Shown one piece after another: positions 34,112 through 42,552 of a stretch of 64,000 nt of DNA. The position numbers and the translations under genes are program-made. The first letter of the stretch is position 1, and the number at the start of each line of letters is the position of its first letter. Source of the DNA: Thainema sp. (GTDB taxonomy: Bacteria > Cyanobacteriota > Cyanobacteriia > Phormidesmidales > Phormidesmidaceae). The DNA lies in the NCBI GenBank assembly GCA_052168235.1, contig JBQLZK010000003.1, positions 32,001 to 96,000 of the forward strand, in the 5' to 3' direction. The notes beneath the pieces were generated by a model. That model saw only the letters and a list, made by a program, of their open reading frames with translations. It searched no databases and was not told the DNA's origin.

Positions 34112-34416
34112 ACCCATTCATGCCCAGGTTACAACACCGTTTCTGCAAGTTGTCTTGATATCGCTGCAGTCAACTCTGTTAGGGACACGGACATTTTGTG
34201 GCACGGCAAAGCCGTGCCACAAAATGTCATAACCAATATGACTATCGCTAAGCTTGAGGTGATCTGTTCCTGATCTTTGATGTGATCTGTGTCAGTTTTC
34301 GGTGGTTTGGGCACCCTGATTTTATATTCCCTTAAGATCTGCCTTCGACCTGCCTTGGAATGTCTAAGGGTAGGGAGACTCTACTCCCCCAATCCAAAGC
34401 AAGAAAAACTACTGAC

Positions 34417-35379
34417 ATGGAAGCACCCAAACATCCAGAACAAGAAGTCGAACGCCTCGATACACTCAAGGCGCTACATTTACTGGATACTGATCCAGAA
34501 GAACGTTTTGATCGGCTCACTCGTATAGCCAAACGTTTGTTTGGTGTCCCCATTGCTTTGGTCAGCCTTATTGACTTTAATCGGCAATGGTTCAAATCCA
34601 ATCAGGGATTATCCGCTCAAGAAACCCCAAGGGATATCTCGTTCTGTGGTCACGCCATTTTGGGCAACGATGTCTTTGTCGTACCTGACACGCTATTAGA
34701 CAAACGGTTTCATGATAATCCGTTAGTTGTCAATGATCCGAAAATTCGCTTCTATGCAGGTGTGCCGCTACAAGTGCCAAACGGCAGCAAGCTCGGTACG
34801 CTGTGTTTAATTGATCGCGATCCACGATCAATGAACCAAGATGATTTGGACTTACTCCGCGATTTGGGACACATGGCCGAGCGCGAACTAGCCGCCGTTC
34901 AGCTTGCAACGCTAGATGATTTAACGCTGATCTCCAATCGGCGTGGGCTGATGGCGCTCGGTTCACATACGCTGAATCTCTGTACGCGTCTCCAGAAAAA
35001 GGCTATTTTACTGCTGTTTGATCTGAATCGCTTTAAAGCAATTAACGACCGATATGGTCATGCCGAAGGCGATCGCGCACTCGTTGCGTTTGCCCAACTT
35101 CTCAAAGATACATTTCGCGAGTCCGATGTGATTGCCAGACTCGGTGGAGACGAATTTGTGGTGTTGCTCAGCCAGGCTGACGTGACTGAAGCGGAACAGA
35201 TTTTAAAGCGCCTCACGCAAGCCTGCGATGACCACAATCGTCAAGCGTCTCGCGGTTACCAGTTGTTATACAGTGTGGGTCTAGCTGAGTTTGATTGTGA
35301 GCGATCGCAGTCTATCGATGACCTATTACAATTAGCTGATCAGCGCATGTATGTAAACAAGAAAAGCCGCTGTTCCTAA
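34417..35379 (+). CDS. GAF-GGDEF diguanylate cyclase
   Basis: GAF (SFCGHAI, NPLV, IRFYAGVPL); DLNRFKAINDRYGH; RESD I-site; intact GGDEF. Confidence 0.93.
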   Translation: MEAPKHPEQEVERLDTLKALHLLDTDPEERFDRLTRIAKRLFGVPIALVSLIDFNRQWFKSNQGLSAQETPRDISFCGHAILGNDVFVVPDTLLDKRFHDNPLVVNDPKIRFYAGVPLQVPNGSKLGTLCLIDRDPRSMNQDDLDLLRDLGHMAERELAAVQLATLDDLTLISNRRGLMALGSHTLNLCTRLQKKAILLLFDLNRFKAINDRYGHAEGDRALVAFAQLLKDTFRESDVIARLGGDEFVVLLSQADVTEAEQILKRLTQACDDHNRQASRGYQLLYSVGLAEFDCERSQSIDDLLQLADQRMYVNKKSRCS

Positions 35380-35421
35380 TGCGATCGCACTCTGCCTTGA
35401 TTCTCTATTACCGTTACGTAT

Positions 35422-35793
35422 ATGAGTAAAAGCGGTTGGAATATCTGGACGATATTGGGTATTCTCACGATCCTGACGACTGTTTTATTTTTGGCCGGAG
35501 TGCCGGAGCGCCTAGCAGTTTTGCCACCGGATCAGCATCCCAAACTCATTATTGGTGTTGCTATTTTCACCTGTCTGTTGATTGCGATCGCACTTGCCTG
35601 TTTAGTGCCGAGGAGTCGTCCATTTACGTTGCGAATTTTGGGCGCAATTGGGCTAGCAGGAAGCATTTTTATTCTGATAGATGGTTTTCAACAGCGCAAT
35701 TTTTCCCAGTTTCCAATCACGCTGGTGTTTTGGTTGCCGGGTTCGATCTATTTAATGCTCAAGGGCAAGATGAACAGCGGATCTTCTGAATAA
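35422..35793 (+). CDS. Small hypothetical membrane protein (4 TM)
   Basis: 123 aa, four hydrophobic segments, directly after the GGDEF gene. Confidence 0.7.
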   Translation: MSKSGWNIWTILGILTILTTVLFLAGVPERLAVLPPDQHPKLIIGVAIFTCLLIAIALACLVPRSRPFTLRILGAIGLAGSIFILIDGFQQRNFSQFPITLVFWLPGSIYLMLKGKMNSGSSE

Positions 35794-35906
35794 GTAAATG
35801 TGGATCTTCTGAACAAGTGGAAGTGCGATCGCCATCCACAAATCGCAGTTGCGTATTATTCTTCCTGAGCTAGGATGGAGCAAATTTTAGCGTTTCAGGC
35901 AAGAGG

Positions 35907-38146
35907 ATGACTGGATTTGAGCCGCTGATTGGCTGGGGAGTGGGGCTAATCTCCAGCATTGCCACCGACATTTTTAAAGAGCGAGCCAAAAAGCTAGCAG
36001 ATAAATGGGATTTTGACCTCCTAGATCGCGAATTGCGCCGAGCATCAGAGCAGTATATCAAGAACTACGAAAAGCGACATGGTCAACTAAAAATCGTTTG
36101 TGCCGGGATGGATGCTCCGGTCAAGCTGGATGAGGTGTATACAGCGGTTGAGTTTTTGGACTCTTCAACGCGACGATACTTTCGCGATGCGGATTCCCTA
36201 GAAGACTGGTTTCGCAAAAGTGGCAAGCGTAGCTTCTCCTATTCTCATTCAACGAAACAAAAAGGGATTAAGGTTGCGAATCGAGAGCAATACTTGCTGG
36301 TGTTGGGTGGGCCAGGAGTGGGGAAATCGACTTTTTTGCGAAAGGTAGGTTTAGAAGCGCTGAAGGGAAAGCAAGGTGAATATGAGCATCGCTGTATTCC
36401 GGTGATGCTGGAACTGCGGCTGTTGACGAAAGAGATTACGGTTGAACAGGCGATTGCTAAAGAGTTTGCCACCTGTGGATTTCCAGAAGCAGCAGAATTT
36501 ACGACGGGAGCATTGGAAAATGGCAAGCTGCTGGTGCTGCTGGATGGCTTGGATGAAGTCCCCAGCGATCATCTGAATATTGCGATTCAGCAGATTCAAG
36601 ATTTAGTGGATCGCTATGGCGATAATCGCTTTATTGCTTCTTGTCGAACGGTGGCCTATCACGGTGGGTTTCCGCACTTCAAAGATGTAATGATGGCGGC
36701 CTTTGAGGATGAACAGATTGAGCAGTTTATTCGAGCTTGGTTTCGTTCCGAGAAGGATCGGGAATTAGGAACGGCGCAGAAATGTTGGGAGTTGTTGAAC
36801 AGTAAGGACTATGCGGCGGCGAAGGAACTGGCGCAAACGCCGCTGTTGCTGACGCTGCTGTGTGTGGTGTATGACCAACTGCAAGATTTTCCAAAGAAAC
36901 GAGCACCGCTGTATGGCGAAGCATTGGATGTGCTGCTGAGTAAATGGGCAGCGGAAAAACGACTGGAACGTGACCCAATCTATCGAGAATTAAGTCCAGA
37001 ATTAGAGCGAATTTTGCTGTCTGAAATTGCCTATGATAGCTTTGCTGAAGATCAGCTTTTCTTCTCGCAGCAAACAGTTACAGATCAAATCAAAGAGTTT
37101 TTGATTAGTAATCTGAATGCACCCAAACATTTGAATAGCGAAGCGGTTTTAGATGCAATTGAGCTTCAGCAAGGCATTTTAGTGGAACGAGCGCGAGATA
37201 CCTATTCGTTTTCGCATCTGACGCTGCAAGAATATTTGACAGCAAAATACATCGTTGATAATCAGCAGGTTGATTGGCTAGTTGAAAATCACCTAACTGA
37301 TGAACGCTGGCGAGAGGTGTTTTTGCTGGTAGCGGGGTTTATGCCTGGACGGACTGGAGCAGATACACTACTGGAAAAAATGGAGCAGCAAGCACAGATT
37401 TACGCCGTCAAACCGAAGCTACAAGCACTGCTGCAATGGGCAAATGAAGCTACAGCAGGATCAGAAAGCGCTATCAAACCCGCTGCGAAACGCACAGCCG
37501 CAGTATTTCTAGCCATCACCTGTGCCATCGCCCGCGCCCGCGCCCTCAATCTCGACCTCACCTGCCCCCCGCTCTTGACCGCATCATTGCTCTTGCTCGC
37601 GCCATCGACCGCAACCGTGTCCTCGATCTGGCCATCGCTCGTGCCCACACCCGTTCTAGCTCCATCGCCGTCGACATCAACCGTGCCCGCGACATCGACC
37701 ACACTCGCGCCATTACACTTACTCGCGCCAGTAACTATCACGACCGCGACTATGCCCGTAAGCTTGCTCATGCCCGCGACCATATCCTTGACAACAACCG
37801 CGACCGCGACTATGCCATTGCCTCAGAATTCGAAAAAGTAAAAGTCTTTAAACTCTTTGATGCTAATGTTCTTAGATCTACTTTGTATGATGTGCAGTGG
37901 ACATTATTAAGTAATGATGATACTCGATCCGTTTTTGATACATTTATTGAGAAAACATGGCAAGCCTGGTTCGATACACTAGGGCTTGATGCTGATACTG
38001 CAACTTTCTCTAAAGAAGAAGTGGATGCTCTAAATAACTATTTCTACGCCAACGAACTAATGGTTCGCTGTAAAAAAGCCGCTGTAAGAGTTTCACCCGA
38101 CACGTGGGCAGGCATTGAAGACCGTATGCTGCGCGTCATAGACTGA
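35907..38146 (+). pseudogene. NACHT (STAND) NTPase, frameshifted at C6 run 37565-37570
   Basis: Walker A GGPGVGKST, Walker B LLDGLDE, TPLLL, FSHLTLQEY, RWREV. Adding one base at the C run gives an open frame (ALDRIIALARAIDRNR...YANELMVRC...IEDRML) to TGA at 38146, 746 aa. May be a real mutation, a phase-variable state or a sequencing error. Confidence 0.85.
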
Positions 38147-38192
38147 GGGTTTTAGTCTACAGTACATAGAACAACGCATCAGGGACAAATTA

Positions 38193-38414
38193 ATGGCAGA
38201 TTCATTTGAGCAAAAGTATCCCAACATAACTCGATTTGTTGAAGGAGGTGGCTCGATTGAACTTGGCGACCATGAGATGATCCCATCTTTCGCCAGAGCC
38301 TACGATATGGGCGGCACAGTTTACGAGGGCGAATCATCTTATCCCAGCCTGGACGACGCTTTTCAGGATTTGGAAGACCATATTAAAGACTGGCTCGAAG
38401 AAATAGGAATCTAG
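38193..38414 (+). CDS. Small acidic hypothetical protein (73 aa)
   Basis: AGGGA upstream; MADSFEQKYPNI...SLDDAFQDLEDHIKDWLEE; 46 nt after the NACHT stop. Confidence 0.75.
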   Translation: MADSFEQKYPNITRFVEGGGSIELGDHEMIPSFARAYDMGGTVYEGESSYPSLDDAFQDLEDHIKDWLEEIGI

Positions 38415-38647
38415 CTAATTGGCCCCAAATCATCTGGTAAATCTTCAATTGTCCAATGCAAAATTCGACAGAGCGCTTTAACCTGCGGCAGCGTTAGCTT
38501 CGCTTCTTTGTAGCGCCCCGTTTCCCAATTGCTCACCGTCCGCACCGACACATTTGCCGCCGTTGCAACATCTCGCTGCGTCAAACCCAGCTCCTCGCGG
38601 CGCTGCTTCAATACTGATTCAGATGCGGACGGGTTCTCTATCATCAA
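38411..38647 (-). CDS. XRE-family HTH protein
   Basis: LKQRREELGLTQRDVA...VSVRTVSNWETG. Confidence 0.88.
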   Translation of the reverse strand: MMIENPSASESVLKQRREELGLTQRDVATAANVSVRTVSNWETGRYKEAKLTLPQVKALCRILHWTIEDLPDDLGPIS

Positions 38648-38652
38648 AACGC

Positions 38653-38877
38653 CTACTGCGATTTCTCAGTTGCCTGCACCAACTCTTCCATTGAGCAATT
38701 CAGCAACTCAATCAGCTTTTGCACCTGGGCTACCGTCATCTTCGGCGTCTTCGGACTCGTTTCCCACACATAAATTGTTTTTTCCGTAACCCCTAGCGCC
38801 GCCGCCACTTCACGGCGCGTCAAATCCGCCCGATTACGCAAATCCATCAGAGAGACTTGATCGCTCTGGTTCGTCAT
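38653..38877 (-). CDS. XRE-family HTH protein (tandem paralog)
   Basis: LRNRADLTRREVAAALGVTEKTIYVWET...PKMT. Confidence 0.88.
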   Translation of the reverse strand: MTNQSDQVSLMDLRNRADLTRREVAAALGVTEKTIYVWETSPKTPKMTVAQVQKLIELLNCSMEELVQATEKSQ

Positions 38878-38895
38878 ACTATACTGCTTGGTAAT

Positions 38896-38921
38896 TACCG
38901 TTCGGTATAGAAGGAACGGTA
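38896..38921. promoter_or_regulatory. Candidate operator (8-bp inverted repeat, 10-bp spacer)
   Basis: TACCGTTC-GGTATAGAAG-GAACGGTA between divergent genes. Confidence 0.55.
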
Positions 38922-39052
38922 TAGTTAACTAATCTTCAACTGGCAAGTCGTCCCAAAAGCCGGGGCTTCGAGCCGATTGCCTTATTTAGTTTCTCATCAA
39001 GTGGTGAGCCTGTCGCCCATCGCTGCAAATTCGTGTGTCTGGAAATACCCTT

Positions 39053-39313
39053 ATGAACTACCGCGATCAACTCCATCCCTGGTGCATCATCCGCCTGCTG
39101 CCCAAAGCTCAGCGCATCACCATCGCCCGCTTCCGCCAGCGCAATGCCGCCGAAGAACATCTCAAAGTCCTGCGTCGCCTCATGCCCAGCGCCATCTTCG
39201 TCATTCTCTTCGAGTCTCCCCAGCCTTCGTCTAAACCGTTCAGTTCTTCTGAGATAGACCCGCAAAACCCGTGCCGCTCTCAGCTTAAGATGGATAATCA
39301 ACCAGAACGTTAA
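39053..39313 (+). CDS. Small basic cyanobacterial hypothetical protein
   Basis: MNYRDQLHPWCIIRLLP...ARFRQRNAAEEHLKVLRRLMP...FVILFE; divergent from the XRE pair. Confidence 0.7.
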   Translation: MNYRDQLHPWCIIRLLPKAQRITIARFRQRNAAEEHLKVLRRLMPSAIFVILFESPQPSSKPFSSSEIDPQNPCRSQLKMDNQPER

Positions 39314-39335
39314 CGGATGATCGGAGGAGAATGGT

Positions 39336-39512
39336 ATGAGTGATGCGATCGCATGGACAGAAGAAGCAAAAGCACGACTAAAAGAAATTCCCTTTTTTGT
39401 GCGTCCGGCTGCCCGCAAGAAAATTGAAAAGTTTGCTCAAGAAATGGGAGCCACGCAAATTACCGAAGAAGTCTATGAACAAGCCAAGCAAAAATTTGGC
39501 TCAAATGAGTGA
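39336..39512 (+). CDS. Stand-alone PCP_red-domain protein (ChlB C-terminal-like, 58 aa)
   Basis: Not in ORF track. GGAGGAG RBS; MSDAIAWTEEAKARLKEIPFFVRPAARKKIEKFAQEMGATQITEEVYEQAKQKFGSNE. Confidence 0.88.
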   Translation: MSDAIAWTEEAKARLKEIPFFVRPAARKKIEKFAQEMGATQITEEVYEQAKQKFGSNE

Positions 39513-40099
39513 CAATCAAACAAAATAAGGTTGAAAGATTCAAGAATTGGGCTCAATTTAATGAAGAGTTTTTGAGCGGAAGACTTGAATTGGGATCATT
39601 TAAAATCCCGCATTTAAAAGCGCAACAGCATCCGATTCAATCAACCTAAACATTTCCTTCCATTCATTAATACTATCTAGAGCTGAATCTCAAGCCTTGG
39701 CCAGTTAAGCGCTGTGTCGTTCGATTGAAATAGCCTTGGCGAGATGCAGTACTCTCTAAGTGATGAAATAGGAAACGTTGGCGATTCGTTTGGATGCTGT
39801 TGCGAGTTGACTATCCAGTGAATCTAATTCGGAGTTTATACGAACCTCCTATTACGCTGTGGACTGGACTTTGAAAGTAGAAGCTTTTTGCTTCTGTCTG
39901 TAAGTAGAAGCTGTTCGCTTCTGTTATTAGAATACTGCGTTTTTTTCTAAGATTGGGTGAATGAGAACAAAGTTTACGATAGCGAGAGTAAGCCTCTCAT
40001 TTCCCTGTTTGATTCACTGATCGCACCAAAACCTAAAGCTTTATCTCCTTGTCACACGATTGACATAGGAGGTTCATAACCACTGCTTATATTAAGGAT

Positions 40100-40256
40100 G
40101 TCAGCCCAAGAAGCACCACAATTGCTTCTCACACCACGCTCCTTCACGTTGACGACTTGGGCTGACCTTCATCTTTTAGAGTTCACACCTCACACCCACA
40201 GCTCAGAGGAGTTCTTCGCCAGCCATGTGTCGGCAACAGAACTCCTCTATTTTTGT
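40100..40256 (+). ncRNA. Candidate sRNA with two Yfr1-like CTCACAC motifs
   Basis: TATATT at 40088-40093; 11-bp 5' stem; two motifs each one mismatch from the Yfr1 core; 11-bp terminator stem plus T tract. Confidence 0.55.
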
Positions 40257-40337
40257 TCTTGGGTGCAAAACGGGTGTCTATGCCATATAGTCGTAATACC
40301 AGCCAAACTGGTACAAACAGACCAGCAGGATAGACAA

Positions 40338-40898
40338 ATGGGCAACCGCTGTGCATGGGTCGGCGATGACCCGCTGATGATTGAATATCATGACCAGGAA
40401 TGGGGTGTCCCGGTGCATGATGATCGACACTTCTTTGAAAAGATCATCCTCGACGGAGCGCAGGCTGGCTTAAGCTGGCGCACCATTCTGCACAAGCGCG
40501 AGAACTACCGCAACGCCTTTGACAACTTCGACCCGCAAAAAGTCGCCCAGTACGACGATGCCAAGTACCAAGCCCTGCTCCAAAATCCCGGTATCGTCCG
40601 CAATCGCCTCAAAGTCGCCTCCGCCATTACCAATGCCCAAGCCTTTCTAGCCGTCCAGTCCGAATTTGGCAGCTTTGACCGCTACATTTGGCAGTTTGTT
40701 GGCAACGAAACCATCCAAAATACCTGGCAAACCCCAGAGCAAGTTCCCGCCACCTCTCCAGAGTCCGACGCCCTCAGCAAAGATCTGAAAAAACGCGGCT
40801 TCAAGTTTGTCGGCTCCACCATCTGCTACGCCTTCATGCAGGCAGCCGGACTAGTGAATGACCATACGGTTGACTGCTTTCGGCACAGTGAATTGTAA
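40338..40898 (+). CDS. tag: DNA-3-methyladenine glycosylase I
   Basis: RCAW, YHDQEWG, AQAGLSW, IVRNRLK, FKFVG, NDHTVDC. Start at MGNRC. Confidence 0.95.
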   Translation: MGNRCAWVGDDPLMIEYHDQEWGVPVHDDRHFFEKIILDGAQAGLSWRTILHKRENYRNAFDNFDPQKVAQYDDAKYQALLQNPGIVRNRLKVASAITNAQAFLAVQSEFGSFDRYIWQFVGNETIQNTWQTPEQVPATSPESDALSKDLKKRGFKFVGSTICYAFMQAAGLVNDHTVDCFRHSEL

Positions 40899-40909
40899 AT
40901 CTAAAAAGT

Positions 40910-40946
40910 AAGGATTTTGCCGCCGTGTTACGGCGGCAAAATCCTT
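40910..40946. terminator. Perfect 17-bp hairpin between convergent tag and menE
   Basis: AAGGATTTTGCCGCCGT-GTT-ACGGCGGCAAAATCCTT. Confidence 0.65.
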
Positions 40947-40948
40947 CT

Positions 40949-42496
40949 CTAAACTAAATTACTTAGTGGTAGCTGCGATCGCACAATTTTTCCCTGAGCA
41001 TTACGCGGTAACTGCTCCACCATTAGCCAGCATTTGGGATGTTTATACTTGCTGAGCTGAGTTGCGATCGCGCTTCGTAACTTCTGCTCAATTCTCTCCC
41101 GATCGGTATCAACTCCCGGCACCCAAATCGCCGTCACAGCTTGCCCCCACTCAGCATCCGGTACACCCACCACGCAGACATCAGCAACCAAACCTGTCGC
41201 TCGAATCACCGCTTCCACTTCTTCCGGAAACACGTTTTCGCCACCTGTGATGATCTTGGTGCTGTTGCGGCCCACGATGTGGAGATTGCCATCAGCGTCG
41301 AGATAGCCTTGGTCGTCGGGTTGGAAGGAGTGGATGGGTGGGAGGGTGGATGGGTGGATGGGTGGATGGGTGATGGGGAGAAAGTTGGTTGTGGGTTGGA
41401 GCGATAAATAGCCGAGAGCTAAAGATTGCGCCTGAATCCTGATTTGTCCAGGCTGTCCGGGCGGCAATATGGCTCCAGTTTCATCATGAATCGCGATCTC
41501 AGCATGGGGAAGCACCCGACCGCAGCTTTCGTTTCCAGCTAGGAAATCTTGAGGTTGCAGCGTGGCAACCTGGGATGCGGTTTCAGTCATGCCGTAGGTG
41601 GGAGCCAAGGGCAAACCCAACTGACGCGCCTGACTGAACAACTGCGGCCAAGCCGCTCCACCGCCAAGGAGTATGGCTTTCAGTGTAGCGAGCCAGGGGA
41701 GGAGGGGCAAGGGTGAATGGGGTGAGGAGTGAGGAGTGAGGAGTGAGGGAGTAGATGGGTGGATGGGTGGATGGGTAGATGAATTTTGAGCTTTGAGTTT
41801 TGAGTTTTGAGTGAGTAGGAGGCGTTGGAGTTGAGTGGGGACGAGGGAGAGGAACCAGTTAGAGTCTGCTGTCTCGAAGAGAGTTATGCGTTGTCCCTGC
41901 TGGAGTTCGCGAAAGGGTTGGATGATCAGTTGGCCACCGGAAATTAGCGATCGCAGTACCTGCATCAAGCCGCTCACGTGATACAGCGGCAGCGTACAGT
42001 AGCATGACACCGCATCCACTTGAAAATGTTGCTGAAAGCCTCGCATAGAAGCGGTTAGCGTGTCCCAGGTATGAATTGCAAACTTGATGTCTCCGGATGA
42101 TCCGCCTGTGGGGATGAGAATGGCGTTGCGGGGGAGGGTTGATGGTGAGTTGGTTAATAGTGAATGGTGAATGATTGGTGATTGGAAAATGGAGAGGGGA
42201 GTGTCTGACCAGATGATGTCCGGTTTGATGAGTTGGGCCACCTGCTGCCATTCGCGATCGCGCCAGCCCGGATTCGCCAGAACCAGCACACAATCCCGAC
42301 TTCCCGCCGCTAGCAATCCCGCTAGAAACCGCACAGGCTCCGCCTCCGCCAACAGCACAACAGGTTGAGCATTCCGTGATTTAACCTGATCTAGCTCCCG
42401 CCACTTCGCCTCAATCAAGCGCTGCAAAGCATCCAGATCACCATTAATCCACCAGTTCTTCAGCCAACACCCCTCCAAATACGAAGCCCAGTCCAT
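40949..42496 (-). CDS. menE: 2-succinylbenzoate-CoA ligase
   Basis: PTGGSSG, LPLYHVSG, SLVPTQL, YGMTE, GGENVFPEEVE, LPRNAQGK; downstream of menA-menC. Confidence 0.9.
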   Translation of the reverse strand: MDWASYLEGCWLKNWWINGDLDALQRLIEAKWRELDQVKSRNAQPVVLLAEAEPVRFLAGLLAAGSRDCVLVLANPGWRDREWQQVAQLIKPDIIWSDTPLSIFQSPIIHHSLLTNSPSTLPRNAILIPTGGSSGDIKFAIHTWDTLTASMRGFQQHFQVDAVSCYCTLPLYHVSGLMQVLRSLISGGQLIIQPFRELQQGQRITLFETADSNWFLSLVPTQLQRLLLTQNSKLKAQNSSTHPPIHPSTPSLLTPHSSPHSPLPLLPWLATLKAILLGGGAAWPQLFSQARQLGLPLAPTYGMTETASQVATLQPQDFLAGNESCGRVLPHAEIAIHDETGAILPPGQPGQIRIQAQSLALGYLSLQPTTNFLPITHPPIHPSTLPPIHSFQPDDQGYLDADGNLHIVGRNSTKIITGGENVFPEEVEAVIRATGLVADVCVVGVPDAEWGQAVTAIWVPGVDTDRERIEQKLRSAIATQLSKYKHPKCWLMVEQLPRNAQGKIVRSQLPLSNLV

Positions 42497-42552
42497 CTAC
42501 ACCTAAACCCCAATTCTTTACAACCCATCCACCCATCTACCCATCCACCCAT

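Noticed and set aside
37571..37841. Pro/Thr/Ser-rich mucin-like tail of the NACHT ORF (and antisense ORF 37400-37783)
   Set aside because: Out-of-frame and antisense readings of the hexamer-repeat tract.
37883..38146. Independent 87-aa gene
   Set aside because: TTG start without RBS; the frame is open back to the C6 run and reads as the NACHT C-terminus.
40098..40337. 80-aa N-terminal extension of tag in the ORF track
   Set aside because: Tag homology starts at MGNRC (40338), and the extension crosses a strong terminator-like hairpin.
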